DNA of 61,599 nt from Oscillospiraceae bacterium (GTDB taxonomy: Bacteria > Bacillota > Clostridia > Oscillospirales > Oscillospiraceae). The stretch lies in NCBI GenBank assembly GCA_031260605.1, contig JAISLF010000064.1, positions 1 through 61,599 on the forward strand, in the 5' to 3' direction. This document shows positions 26,807 through 37,195 of the stretch, in pieces; positions within the stretch are counted from its first letter, which is position 1; every line of letters starts with the position of its first letter. The position numbers and the translations under genes were made by a program. The notes beneath the pieces were generated by a model that did no database searches, was not told where the DNA came from, and saw only the letters and a list, made by a program, of their open reading frames with translations.

Positions 26807-27847
26807 TTACCCCCTTGCCTGCCGTGCCATTTTCTGACCGGCGCGAATCTGTGTGAAAAAGTCTATGGACAGTGCCACAAGGAGCAGCAGACCTGTGAAT
26901 ATGCTGTACCAGAACGGGTTTACCTTGATGCTTGTCATTCCGATTTGGAACGTGTTAAGAATAAGCAGACCGATAAATGCACCGCCCATTCCGCCCGCGC
27001 CGCCGCCGAACGATATACCGCCGAGGATTGCCGCTGTGATACCCGTGAACTGGTTGCCCTGCAGTGCAAGAAGCTGACCCTGACCGAGCTTTGCGGTATT
27101 GAATACGCCGGACACGCCGCCGAGAACCGCACTGTTGATAAACAGAATGTACGTAATCGCGCGGGAGTTAATTCCCGCAAGGTGCGCCGCCTGGCGGTTG
27201 CCGCCCATAAGCATAACCTTTTTGCCGAACGTCGTCTTTGAAATGAGTATTCCGTATACTATAAAGAATATCAGCATTATGAAAACGCCGGACGGTATAA
27301 ACCACACCTTTCCGATTGTCAGCCATTTAAGAAACGCCGGCTTTTGAAAGGGAATGTTCTGCGCCGTTCCCGTCTCACTTCCGAGTGAGCTGAACAAACG
27401 CATAAGCCCCTGCGCCATATAGGACATCGCAAGCGTTCCGATGAATGCGGGGAAGTGGAACTTGTCGATAAGCAGTGCGTTTGCCGCACCGAATACCGCG
27501 CAAAGCGCCAGCCCGATAATCACGCCCAGGTACCACGGCAAGCCCCAGCCTGCCATCGCGGAGGCAAGAACCATTCCGCCGAACGCACCGACTGCCGCCT
27601 GTGACAGGTCAATGTCGCCTGAAATCAGCAAACAGCCTGCGCCTATTGTCAGGAATGACGATAGTACGATTGATTCGAGGATGTTCCTGAAGGTGCTCAT
27701 CGCAAAGAATTTGTTGCCGATAAGCGGTGCCCAGACCGAGAATATAATCCAGAGTCCCGCAAGCAGAAGCACAAGCGTAAATACCTTATGAGTAACAATC
27801 GGCTTTACGAACCTTTGGTAAAAGCTCTTATTTGTTGTGTTTTCCAT
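26807..27847 (-). CDS. Sugar ABC transporter permease (CUT2/RbsC-like), second subunit
   Basis: 346 aa, paralogous to the downstream permease. Confidence 0.85.
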   Translation of the reverse strand: MENTTNKSFYQRFVKPIVTHKVFTLVLLLAGLWIIFSVWAPLIGNKFFAMSTFRNILESIVLSSFLTIGAGCLLISGDIDLSQAAVGAFGGMVLASAMAGWGLPWYLGVIIGLALCAVFGAANALLIDKFHFPAFIGTLAMSYMAQGLMRLFSSLGSETGTAQNIPFQKPAFLKWLTIGKVWFIPSGVFIMLIFFIVYGILISKTTFGKKVMLMGGNRQAAHLAGINSRAITYILFINSAVLGGVSGVFNTAKLGQGQLLALQGNQFTGITAAILGGISFGGGAGGMGGAFIGLLILNTFQIGMTSIKVNPFWYSIFTGLLLLVALSIDFFTQIRAGQKMARQARG

Positions 27848-27858
27848 TGTTCGTCTCC

Positions 27859-29352
27859 TTAGTCCAGCATCGCCATGGCAAGCACGCTTTCTTCCGTCGC
27901 GTTTGCGCGGTCAACTGTGCCTGTGACGTGTCCGTTATGCATGACGATAATCTTATCCGCAAGGTTAATAACCTCGGTAAGCTCACTGGATATTATAATA
28001 ACGCCGATTCCTGCTTTCGCAAGGTCGCAGACGGTCTGATAAATCTCCGCCTTTGTTCCGACGTCAATACCCTTTGTCGGCTCGTCGAGAATGAGAAGCT
28101 TTGTCGTCATCTGGCTACTTGTCCAGCGTCCGAGAATGACCTTCTGCTGGTTACCGCCGGAAAGCTCACCGACAATCTTGTCAACGGTCGGCGTTTTGAT
28201 TGAGTATTTCTCAACCGCTTCTTCAGCAAGATCATCTACCTGCCTGTTGTTGACAATCTTGTATTTTGAAACCTTGTTAACAACGGGCATAACGATATTA
28301 TCTTTAATTGTGCGTCCGAGAACAAGCCCCTGCTCCTTACGGTCTTCCGGACAGAGCGCAACGCCCGCCGCAATCGCGTCACGGGGAGACTTGAAGTGCG
28401 TAACCGCGCCGTCGAGGATTATCGTGCCGCCTGTAACGGGGTCCGCCCCGAACAGCGCGCGCGCAACCTCTGTGCGTCCCGCGCCGACGAGTCCCGCAAG
28501 TCCTACGACCTCGCCGCGGCGAACCGTAAAGCTCACGTCGCGCACGTAAGGCGTTTTGAGGTTCTGAACATCAAGAACAATCTCGCCGAACTCTGTGTTT
28601 CGCGACAGGCTTGCGTATGTATCGCCGATGTCACGCCCGACCATCGCCTTAATAAGCTCTGCTTCGCTCGTATCGGCGGTTTTAAGCTGTGTAACTAATT
28701 TTCCGTCCTTCATAACGACAATATCGTCTGTAATCTGGAAAATTTCCGCCATACGGTGTGAAACGTAAATTACAACCTTACCCGCTGCCTTTAGCTCGCG
28801 GATTATGTTGAAGAGAATCGTGATTTCTGTATCCGTCAGCGGCGCTGTCGGCTCGTCGAACGCGATAATATCCGCGTCACGGCGATATGCCTTCATAATC
28901 TCAACCATCTGCTGGTGTGCGATATTAAGCCGCGCGACTTTTTCCGTCGGGTCAATCGGAAGTCCGAATTTATTGATGATCTCAAGCGCGTCTTTGTAGA
29001 GCTTGCGCTTGTCAAACAGTCCTAATTTAGTTTTGGGAAGCGCGCCCGGGAAAAGGTTCTCCATAACGGACATTTCCGGCATAAGCTGGCGTTCCTGATA
29101 AATAACGCTTATTCCCGCGGAAATCGCAGCCTGAGGGTCTGCGAACTTCACCTGCTGGTCGTTTATGAATAATTCTCCCTCATCGCCGCGCTGGTCTCCG
29201 CTCATGATTTTAAGGAGTGTACTCTTTCCTGCGCCATTTTCGCCGAGCAGCGCAAGTACTCTGCCACCCTCAGCGCGAAAACTGATGTCGTCAAGCGCAC
29301 GGACGCCGGGGTAGAGCTTCGATATTCCCCGGAACTCCAATGAATTTGCCAT
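27859..29352 (-). CDS. Sugar ABC transporter ATP-binding protein (tandem ABC domains, RbsA/MglA-like)
   Basis: 497 aa. Walker A GENGAGKST, signature LSGGNQQK, two ABC cassettes. Confidence 0.9.
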   Translation of the reverse strand: MANSLEFRGISKLYPGVRALDDISFRAEGGRVLALLGENGAGKSTLLKIMSGDQRGDEGELFINDQQVKFADPQAAISAGISVIYQERQLMPEMSVMENLFPGALPKTKLGLFDKRKLYKDALEIINKFGLPIDPTEKVARLNIAHQQMVEIMKAYRRDADIIAFDEPTAPLTDTEITILFNIIRELKAAGKVVIYVSHRMAEIFQITDDIVVMKDGKLVTQLKTADTSEAELIKAMVGRDIGDTYASLSRNTEFGEIVLDVQNLKTPYVRDVSFTVRRGEVVGLAGLVGAGRTEVARALFGADPVTGGTIILDGAVTHFKSPRDAIAAGVALCPEDRKEQGLVLGRTIKDNIVMPVVNKVSKYKIVNNRQVDDLAEEAVEKYSIKTPTVDKIVGELSGGNQQKVILGRWTSSQMTTKLLILDEPTKGIDVGTKAEIYQTVCDLAKAGIGVIIISSELTEVINLADKIIVMHNGHVTGTVDRANATEESVLAMAMLD

Positions 29353-29519
29353 TCGTTCACCTACCTGAATTTCTGTATTGGCTTGGCTTTAACTTTTCCT
29401 TAAAAGAAAAGTATCAAAAGAAATATAATTCCGTCAGGCTTCAGCGTGATTTCAGGCATTTTGCCCGAAACGGAAGTTTCTGCTTTTGATTCGGAGCCTT
29501 GCTCCTGTTATTTACTAAT

Positions 29520-29553
29520 AAAGCAAGGGCGGCGGGACCGCCGCCCTTGCTTT
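29520..29553 (-). terminator. Intercistronic GC-rich stem-loop between the binding-protein and ATPase genes (attenuator/mRNA stabiliser)
   Basis: 15-bp perfect stem aaagcaagggcggcg / cgccgcccttgcttt with loop ggac, in the 239-nt gap after the binding-protein gene. Confidence 0.55.
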
Positions 29554-29591
29554 ATCTTGCCTCAAACTAAGGGTTAAGTTTAAGGATTTGC

Positions 29592-30923
29592 TTACGGTTT
29601 TGCAAAGTCTGCCGGCACCGGGATGAATGCAGAGTAATCATCAAGTGTCAGGCCCGGTACGTCGTAGTTGTACTCGTTTGCTTTTGCATAGAGGTCAGAC
29701 CACTCAAGGTAGTGCTTGTAGTCGTCCTGCTCAAGCCAGACTGTCGGCAGGCGGAGCTGCGGAATCGAGCGGCCTTCGGCGCCCTTGTCATCCCACTTAA
29801 CCCATTCCGGCCAGATTGTGTCAGGCGTTGCCCAACCCATCAGGTATGCGTAGACTGCGCCGAGGATAGGCTCAGAGTACAGGTTGTTTGCTGTGTACAG
29901 TGCATAGCGGCATGCGTTCTTCGCGCCGCCGTCCCACATTGCGATGAAGCCCGATCCGCCGAAGGTAACGACGCAGGAGCTATCCGTCAGGCCCTGCTGA
30001 TCGATAACCTGAGCAGCTGCCTGTCCGAGATCGTCGATGAGTCCCATAACGAGCCAGTACTTGTATTCGCCGTGTGTTGAGATAACAGGTGTGACAGCTT
30101 CGAGCCCGCCGTTAAGCGTAAGACCCGCAGATGCTGTGTCAACTTCAAAGTAGTTCGGTCCGTCTGTCTTGACGCCCTTGGATTCCCAAGCTGCCTTCGC
30201 GCCGATTACGCGCTCCTGAAGCGGGGGTGATGTCGAGAAGCCCATTGAAAGCAGTCCGATTTCTTCATACGGAACGTCCTTCAGGTTTGCTTCTTTCCAC
30301 TCGATGAGCTTATAGATCTGCTGTGCGCCTGCGTCGAAGTTATCAAAACCAACGTAGGGGTTAATCAGGTTGCCGCCGATCGGGAGACCTGCGCCGGACG
30401 CGCCGTCACGCGGGGGAGCCATCTGGGACATCCACTGCACATCGGGATACTGCTCAAGGATCTCAAGGATTGCCGGGAAAACCGTTGTGTCAGGGTCAAG
30501 CACGAAGCCCTTAACGCCCTGGTCAATGAGGTTTCTCAGGTTTGTGAGGAACAGGTCAGAGTCGGAGTTCGCCGCCTGGAAGCCCTGCCAGTCAAGGTTG
30601 AAGATCGGCGCCCAGTGGGCATATGCGTCCGCCGCCATCTGATACAGGAAGCTGTTCTCTGTCGCCAGGTATGCAACCTTGAACTTCTCGTTCTGGGTGT
30701 AGTCATACTCAGGGTCATAGTGAGCAACTGTGTTGAGGTTCAGCGAGCCGTCTGCGTTTGCATGCGGATACGCTTTGCCCGTTGTTACGGGAGGCGTGTC
30801 GTCGCCGTCCGGTGCTGCCGTTACAGGTGCGTCCGGTGTGGGTGTCGTCTTGTCTGCCGGCTTACACGCAAACAGCGCAACCGCCATCGTAAGGGCAAGC
30901 AGTAATGCTAATACTTTCTTCAT
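29592..30923 (-). CDS. Sugar ABC transporter substrate-binding lipoprotein
   Basis: 443 aa from the ATG at 30923. Lipobox MKKVLALLLALTMAVALFAC, a Pro/Thr/Asp linker, then a periplasmic-binding-protein type I fold. It is the first gene of the operon. Confidence 0.8.
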   Translation of the reverse strand: MKKVLALLLALTMAVALFACKPADKTTPTPDAPVTAAPDGDDTPPVTTGKAYPHANADGSLNLNTVAHYDPEYDYTQNEKFKVAYLATENSFLYQMAADAYAHWAPIFNLDWQGFQAANSDSDLFLTNLRNLIDQGVKGFVLDPDTTVFPAILEILEQYPDVQWMSQMAPPRDGASGAGLPIGGNLINPYVGFDNFDAGAQQIYKLIEWKEANLKDVPYEEIGLLSMGFSTSPPLQERVIGAKAAWESKGVKTDGPNYFEVDTASAGLTLNGGLEAVTPVISTHGEYKYWLVMGLIDDLGQAAAQVIDQQGLTDSSCVVTFGGSGFIAMWDGGAKNACRYALYTANNLYSEPILGAVYAYLMGWATPDTIWPEWVKWDDKGAEGRSIPQLRLPTVWLEQDDYKHYLEWSDLYAKANEYNYDVPGLTLDDYSAFIPVPADFAKP

Positions 30924-31201
30924 TCTGTTCTTTTTCCTCCATAATATTATGGTGTCTTTATATTTTGTAAACGTACACCGAATGAACAATTTATTTCAGA
31001 CGGATAATGTTTACTTTGTGCATAATATCATACCCAAATTGAAATGTCAAGCATTTATTAAGTAACGACTACTTAAATATTAACCAAAAATTCGACCGCG
31101 GTTCACACTAAATTCACAAATTTCATTGATACTTCCGCAAAAATCGAGTGTATCTAATTTTATGTAACAATTTCGAAACATTATTATAAATAGGTCTCTG
31201 T

Positions 31202-33580
31202 CTATATCCGCCGAAACAATTTCGGAAGTCCGCGCAGGCGTTTGCCGTTCATAATGAGAAGCAATCCCTCAAGTCTGGCAGGCGGAAGCACCCCTCCGCT
31301 CATCATTCCGAACGCACGCAGCGGTGTTTCCATAATCGTCGCCTCCGCCATACGGCGAAAGCTCTCATCCTCGTTGTTTTCGGGATTGGAATAAATTTTG
31401 TTTGTAATTCTACTGATGATTTTTGTCAGCGTGCGTCCGATTCTTGTTACGCTGACGTCCACAAGCGTCGAGTTCGTGTGAAACAGCTCGCCCGATGTGC
31501 GCCGTTGCGGCAGCTCTTGCCCGTAAACCGCCGCGAAATCCGCGTCCGGAACTGTAAAGGCGCCTGACGGCACACTATAATATATTGTATTCTGCAAATC
31601 TTCAAGTATACTCTCGCTGCCGTCGCCTGTAATTTCCACCTCCGCGCTTGCGCGAATATCGCGGCTTGAGGCGGCAACCGAGACTGTATACGTCCCGCCT
31701 TCAACTGCCCAAGCGGCAGTTTTTGGGTTGTAGTACGAAAAACTTCTCGGATTCAGCTCAAAGGTTATGGTTCGGCTTTCCCCGGGAGTCAAAAACACCT
31801 TGTCAAAGCCCTTTAGCTCGTGCGCCGCGCGGTATATTCTTGAATCCGAGGGGCCGGACACATACAGCTGCACAATTTCGGCTCCGGCAATCTTGCCTGC
31901 ATTCGTAACCGTCACGCTTGCGGAGTTTTCGTCAGCCATAAACGCGGAATACTCAAATTCCGTGTAGGACAGCCCGAACCCGAACGGAAACGCAATCGGG
32001 CGCTTTGCCGTATCGTAATACCGGTAGCCGACAAAAATGCTCTCGCGGTATTCAACGGACAAATCTCCTGTTGAGAAATTTCCGAAGCAGGGCGTATCCT
32101 CAAGCGCAAGGGGATAGCTCTCGGCAAGCTTGCCGCTCGGGCTTTGCGCGCCCGTGAGTATGTCCGCAAGTCCGCCGCCGCCCGCCTGTCCTCCGAGTCC
32201 TCCGAGCAGAATTCCGCGAACCTCTTCCCGCCACGGCATTAAAACAGGCGCGCCGCACTGCAAAATAACCGCCGTGTTCGGATTCGCCGCAGCGGCTGCC
32301 GAAATCATTGCGTTGTGGCTGTCGGGCAGATTCAGGTCGGTTCTGTCAAAGCCCTCGCTCTCGTAATCGTCCGGCAGTCCCGCAAACACGAGCACTGCGT
32401 CACAGCTCGCGGCAAGCTCAGCTGTCTCGGCTGGGTCACTGCCGTCTGCATATTTCACGTCAACGCCCAGAGCCGCAAGCTCATCATAGGCATTGTCAAG
32501 CTTCAGCGGATTTATTCTGCTGCTTCCCGCACCCTGATAGCGCGGCCGCTTGGCGAATTCGCCGATAACCGCGACGCTTGCTCCGGCGGCAAGCGGGAGA
32601 ACGCCGCCGTCATTTTTCAGCAGCACCGCCGATTCGCTCTGTGCGCGGCGCGCTAAGGCGTGGTGCGCAGCGTCGTCAAAGGAATAGTCCGGCGTCAGGC
32701 TCTCCTGCGCTTTGAGCGCAAGGCGGGCAAGCCTGCGCGCGGATTCGTTCAGCACTTCCTCCGGCAGCCCGCCCTGCCGCACCGCTCGCGCGACAATTCT
32801 ATCGTTATATCCGCCGGAGGCAGGCATTTCAAGGTCAAGCCCGGCAAGCAGCCCCGCAACCCGGTCGTTTACGGCATTCCAGTCGCTGACGACGACGCCG
32901 TCAAACCCCCATTCCCCGCGCAGAATATCCGTAAGCAGCCGACGGTTTTCGCTGGCGAACACTCCGTTAATTTTGTTGTAGCTGCACATCACGGTTTGCG
33001 GCTTCGCTTTCCGAACCGCCGCTTCAAACGCCGCAAGGTAAATCTCGCGCAGCGCCCGCTCGTCCACAACGGAGTCGCCTATCATCCTGAAGCGCTCCTG
33101 GCTGTTCGCGGCAAAATGCTTGAGCGACACACCGATTCCCTGCGACTGAATGCCGTCTATAATAGACACGGCAAGCTCACCCGCCAAAAAGGGGTCCTCG
33201 CTGAAATACTCAAAATTCCTGCCGCACAGCGGACTGCGCTTTATGTTAACGCCGGGTCCGAGAACAACGCTTACCTGCTCTGCCAACGCCTCCTCGCCGA
33301 TTGCCTGCCCGATTTCACGCAAAAGTCCGCGGTCAAAGCTGTTTGCGGTTGTTGCGGCGGGCGGAAAGCAGGTCGCCGGGGCGCTGATGTTCACGCCCAT
33401 ATTGTCCGTTCTGCCAATCTGCTTGCGCAGCCCGTGAGGACCGTCCGCCACCATAATGCTCGGAAAGTCCAAGCGCGCAAGCCCCTGCGTGTGCCACGTG
33501 TCAGCGCCGGAGCACAGACTTGCTTTTTCCGCAAGCGTCATCTCCGAGACGATTGTTTCGGCTTTTTCGGTAATGGTCAT
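31202..33580 (-). CDS. Glycoside hydrolase family 3 beta-glucosidase/xylosidase
   Basis: 792 aa. MTLAEKASLCSG...ADGPHGLRKQ...GFDGVVVSDW are GH3 N-domain motifs. Confidence 0.88.
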   Translation of the reverse strand: MTITEKAETIVSEMTLAEKASLCSGADTWHTQGLARLDFPSIMVADGPHGLRKQIGRTDNMGVNISAPATCFPPAATTANSFDRGLLREIGQAIGEEALAEQVSVVLGPGVNIKRSPLCGRNFEYFSEDPFLAGELAVSIIDGIQSQGIGVSLKHFAANSQERFRMIGDSVVDERALREIYLAAFEAAVRKAKPQTVMCSYNKINGVFASENRRLLTDILRGEWGFDGVVVSDWNAVNDRVAGLLAGLDLEMPASGGYNDRIVARAVRQGGLPEEVLNESARRLARLALKAQESLTPDYSFDDAAHHALARRAQSESAVLLKNDGGVLPLAAGASVAVIGEFAKRPRYQGAGSSRINPLKLDNAYDELAALGVDVKYADGSDPAETAELAASCDAVLVFAGLPDDYESEGFDRTDLNLPDSHNAMISAAAAANPNTAVILQCGAPVLMPWREEVRGILLGGLGGQAGGGGLADILTGAQSPSGKLAESYPLALEDTPCFGNFSTGDLSVEYRESIFVGYRYYDTAKRPIAFPFGFGLSYTEFEYSAFMADENSASVTVTNAGKIAGAEIVQLYVSGPSDSRIYRAAHELKGFDKVFLTPGESRTITFELNPRSFSYYNPKTAAWAVEGGTYTVSVAASSRDIRASAEVEITGDGSESILEDLQNTIYYSVPSGAFTVPDADFAAVYGQELPQRRTSGELFHTNSTLVDVSVTRIGRTLTKIISRITNKIYSNPENNEDESFRRMAEATIMETPLRAFGMMSGGVLPPARLEGLLLIMNGKRLRGLPKLFRRI

Positions 33581-33582
33581 AA

Positions 33583-34953
33583 CTAAAACCTACCCTCTAA
33601 GAGTCTGTCCGCCTCCTGTCTGCTGATTTCGCCGGTGTTGCACTTCACCATAACCTGAACGTCCTTGTCGCGCAGCTTGTAGCGGGAGAAGACCGGCAGG
33701 CTCAGCAGCGTTCCGGCTGCCGGAATCAAAAGATAAATTGCCCAGAGCTTGTCGTTTATTCCGTTTACCTGAACAGCCCCCTCGCCCTCAATAAATCCGA
33801 TTGCCCACAGGGCAAGACCCGCCGCAGCAGTGGCAATCGCGGCAGTCATTTTCGCCGAAAAGGTCTGAATGGAAAAAGACAGTCCGGACGCGGGAACGCC
33901 GCTTTTGAAATGCCCATACTCAGCGCAGTCCGGTGTGAACATAAACATCAGTACCCCGACCATTCCGTTCGGAAAACCGCGCAGTGCCGAAAAAACGTAC
34001 ACGGACATCAGATTGTTGTAACCGACAAAATACGCTATGAGCGTAAAGATTACGCTTGCGACAGAGCACCAGAAAAACAGGTGATATTTGTCTACTTTCT
34101 TAACTATCAGCGGAATAAACGCACCTGCAATAATAGACGGCACTACGCTCAGAAGAGCGATTACCGCCATTAGGCTTTCGTCGCCTAAGTTTAATCGCGC
34201 GATATACATATGAAGAACAGACGCTACGTTTAAGCCGCCAGAGATTATAAATGAGGAAAAGTAAATCAGCAGATACTTGTTCTGACCGATGAACTTGAAC
34301 ATCTGCTTCAGTCCGACCTCGCCCTCCTGCGCCTGCGGCTTGACGCGCTCCTTTCCGGCAAAGCAAATCGGCGCCATTAAAATCAGCGCCGCAACGGAAA
34401 GCACAACCGCCGTCATCCACCAGCCGCCTATGCTCTCGCGGACAAGCGGCACCACGACAAAAACCGCAAGCGTTGCAATCATCGCAAACACACGCCCGAC
34501 GGAAATCAGCGAGGCTCGCTCCGTCTGTACGTCTGTCATTACGGTTACCAGACCGAAAATCGGCACATCGCAGATTGTGTATGCGGTGTCCCACAAAACG
34601 TATCCGACTACAGCCCAAATCACCTTGCCGATTGTTGGAATCCCGCTTGGAATGGCAAACAGAAATATTGTTGCAACAGGAATCGCAAGCAGTGAAATCC
34701 TCAGCCACGGCATAAACTTGCCGCTCTTGAATCTAACCTTGTCAACAATTCCGCCGAAAATCGGGTCGTTAACAGCATCCCAGATCTTGACCGCAAGCGT
34801 GATTCCCGTAACGGTGAGAGCGGGAATTCCCACATCGGTAAAATACACGACGAGATACGTCAGCAGAAGGTAGTAAAAAACATTCTGCCCCATAAAATAC
34901 AGACCGTAGAAAGAACCCTCCATCAGTCTTGTGCCACGTGAGCGACTATGCAT
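33583..34953 (-). CDS. GPH-family glycoside/pentoside/hexuronide:cation symporter
   Basis: 456 aa from the ATG at 34953, with AGGAGG 8 nt upstream. The motif TLAVKIWDAVNDPIFGGIVDK is typical of MelB/YicJ-type symporters. Confidence 0.8.
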   Translation of the reverse strand: MHSRSRGTRLMEGSFYGLYFMGQNVFYYLLLTYLVVYFTDVGIPALTVTGITLAVKIWDAVNDPIFGGIVDKVRFKSGKFMPWLRISLLAIPVATIFLFAIPSGIPTIGKVIWAVVGYVLWDTAYTICDVPIFGLVTVMTDVQTERASLISVGRVFAMIATLAVFVVVPLVRESIGGWWMTAVVLSVAALILMAPICFAGKERVKPQAQEGEVGLKQMFKFIGQNKYLLIYFSSFIISGGLNVASVLHMYIARLNLGDESLMAVIALLSVVPSIIAGAFIPLIVKKVDKYHLFFWCSVASVIFTLIAYFVGYNNLMSVYVFSALRGFPNGMVGVLMFMFTPDCAEYGHFKSGVPASGLSFSIQTFSAKMTAAIATAAAGLALWAIGFIEGEGAVQVNGINDKLWAIYLLIPAAGTLLSLPVFSRYKLRDKDVQVMVKCNTGEISRQEADRLLEGRF

Positions 34954-35116
34954 AATCAACGCCTCCTAAAACCCCGATTAGTAATTTGTGTTTTGAGTGT
35001 ATCACAGATTTAGCCGCAAAGCAACTATAAAATTACTCCGTTATGCACTTTCTTTTTTCGGGTTATGCAGCGGTTGTTTACGTCTGCTAACATACGGCAT
35101 TTCCTGCACGAACGCA

Positions 35117-35169
35117 ACAAAGCAAAAGCACCACGATTGCGGTGAACAATCGCGGTGCTTTTGCTTTGT
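35117..35169 (-). terminator. Long stem-loop terminator after the metal-ABC operon
   Basis: 23-bp stem with one mismatch (acaaagcaaaagcaccacgattg / caatcgcggtgcttttgctttgt) and loop cggtgaa, 17 nt downstream of the stop at 35186. Confidence 0.7.
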
Positions 35170-35185
35170 GCGGGCGTCCTCCACT

Positions 35186-35635
35186 CTACTGCGTGACAGT
35201 TTCCTTTCCGCGCTTCTCCTTTACCGTCAGGGACGACAGCGCGAGTCGCAGGTACATATACCCGCCGTCGTCGTACTCCTCAAGCACGCCGACAGCCTCA
35301 ACCCAGTCGTTATCCTGCGGATACTCCCTGTCCCAGACGACCTCAAAGCCGCAGTTCGCGTCGTATCCGCAGCAGCCGGGACCGTAGCGGATTACACAGC
35401 GGTACTTGTCGTACTCCGGATTTGCCGACACGCTGTCGTACACGGTGAAAATGCCCTCAAGCTTTATTTTTTTGCCCAGATAGTCCTCAGGATTCGTGTA
35501 AATGTCGTTTGTCTGCGAAACAAAAACCTTTTCCTTAATTTCAATTGCGTTGTCCGCCGCCGCGCCGCTTCCGCAGCCGCAGAGAAGCGACAGGCAGACG
35601 CAAAACGCAATTACAAAGGCAAGCTTTCTTTTCAT
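35186..35635 (-). CDS. Lipoprotein with a Cys-rich motif (GPGCCGYDANCG), last gene of the metal-ABC operon
   Basis: 149 aa from the ATG at 35635, with ATGA overlap with the permease stop. Lipobox LSLLCGC. The CC..DA motif recalls the DUF1980/TIGR03943 C-terminal domain (from memory). Confidence 0.55.
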   Translation of the reverse strand: MKRKLAFVIAFCVCLSLLCGCGSGAAADNAIEIKEKVFVSQTNDIYTNPEDYLGKKIKLEGIFTVYDSVSANPEYDKYRCVIRYGPGCCGYDANCGFEVVWDREYPQDNDWVEAVGVLEEYDDGGYMYLRLALSSLTVKEKRGKETVTQ

Positions 35636-36492
35636 TGCTCGTCCTCCGTGACTGCATTTGCCGATTTTGCCCGAAAAAGAGTGCGCGACGCGCCGAACAG
35701 CCAGAACAGCAAAAACGCCGCGATATTCACAACAACAACGCTTGCGCCCGTCGGCGTTTCGTAAATGTACGAAAGAACCACCCCAACAAAAAAGCACACA
35801 ACCGAAACCGTCGCCGAGCAAACCGTAACGCTGAAAAACCGCTTGCAAACGCGCATTGAGGTCAGCGCCGGGAATATCACAAGACTTGAAATCAACAGCG
35901 CACCCATCATACGCATACCGAGCACGATTGTAATCGCAGTTAAAAGCGCGAGCAGCATATTGTACGCCGAGGTTTTCACTCCCGTTGCGCGGGAAAAGCT
36001 CTCGTCAAACGTCACGGCGAAGATTTTGTTGTAGAACAGGATAAAAAGCGCGAGAACAGCCGCCGCGAGGACTATCGAGAGCTTCACGTCGCCCTTGCTC
36101 ATAACGAGAATGCTGCCGAACATATAGTTGCAAACGTCCGTATTCATTCCCGTTGTCTGCGAGATGACGACAACGCCGAGAGCCAGTGAGCTTGTTGAGA
36201 TTATCGCAATTGCCGCGTCGCCCTTTATCTTGCTGCTCTCGGAAATTCGCAGGAGCAAAAACGCCGCGATAACAACAACGGGTATCGAAATTGTAAGCGG
36301 CGCGGCGTTCATCGCCGTTGCAACGGCAAGTGCGCCGAAGCCGACGTGAGACAGCCCGTCGCCGATCATCGAGTACCGCTTGAGCACCAGACTTACGCCG
36401 AGAAGCGACGAGCAGAGCGAAACAAGCAGTCCGACTATGACGGCGCGGACTAAAAACGTGTATGAAAACATCTCTGAAAGTATGTTAAGCAT
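35632..36492 (-). CDS. Metal (Zn/Mn-type) ABC transporter permease
   Basis: 286 aa from the ATG at 36492 (MLNILSEMFSYTFLVRAVIVGLLVSL...), ZnuB/MntB family. Confidence 0.85.
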   Translation of the reverse strand: MLNILSEMFSYTFLVRAVIVGLLVSLCSSLLGVSLVLKRYSMIGDGLSHVGFGALAVATAMNAAPLTISIPVVVIAAFLLLRISESSKIKGDAAIAIISTSSLALGVVVISQTTGMNTDVCNYMFGSILVMSKGDVKLSIVLAAAVLALFILFYNKIFAVTFDESFSRATGVKTSAYNMLLALLTAITIVLGMRMMGALLISSLVIFPALTSMRVCKRFFSVTVCSATVSVVCFFVGVVLSYIYETPTGASVVVVNIAAFLLFWLFGASRTLFRAKSANAVTEDEQ

Positions 36493-37195
36493 TTGCCTTA
36501 CCTCCTGTAAATGTTCGCCCCGCGTCTGACAGCAGGTAATCTGCGGTTTTGCCGAAAAACACCTGCGCGTTTTGCAGATGCAGAATATGGCTCGCGTATT
36601 TAACCGCGCTTTGAATGTCATGCGAGACCATAACCACAGTCAGCCCCTCCTCCCGGCACAGCTCGTTAATAATACGGTACATCTCCTGCGTGACGAGCGG
36701 GTCAAGTCCCGCAACCGGCTCGTCCAGCAGGAGGAGCTTTTGCGTCGCGCAAAGCGCCCGCGCCAGAAGCACGCGCTGCTGCTGCCCGCCGGAAAGCTCT
36801 CTGTAGCAGCGGCTTTTCAGGTCTGAAATTCCGAGACGCTCAATGTTTTGCAGCGCGATTTTGCGGTCCTCCCGCGAGTAAAAGGGCAAAAGCCCCCGTG
36901 AGGCAAGTCTGCCTGAGAGAACGACCTCAAACGCGCTTGCGGGGAAGTCCTTTTGCGCCGCCGTCTGCTGCGGGAGATACCCAATTTCGCGGCTGTCAAG
37001 TCCGTCACCTGTCAGGACCTCTCCCGACTGCGGACGCATAAGCCGCAAAAGTCCCTTTACAAGAGTTGACTTTCCCGAACCGTTTTCTCCGACAATACAG
37101 AGGTAGTCCCCCTGATTAACCTCAAAATTCAGTCCGGAAACGGCCGTTTTGCCCTCGTAGGCAAAAGCCGCGTCCCGGCAGGTGATGAATGCCAT
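36485..37195 (-). CDS. Metal ABC transporter ATP-binding protein
   Basis: 236 aa. Walker A GENGSGKST, signature LSGGQQQR. ZnuC-like. Confidence 0.88.
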   Translation of the reverse strand: MAFITCRDAAFAYEGKTAVSGLNFEVNQGDYLCIVGENGSGKSTLVKGLLRLMRPQSGEVLTGDGLDSREIGYLPQQTAAQKDFPASAFEVVLSGRLASRGLLPFYSREDRKIALQNIERLGISDLKSRCYRELSGGQQQRVLLARALCATQKLLLLDEPVAGLDPLVTQEMYRIINELCREEGLTVVMVSHDIQSAVKYASHILHLQNAQVFFGKTADYLLSDAGRTFTGGKANA

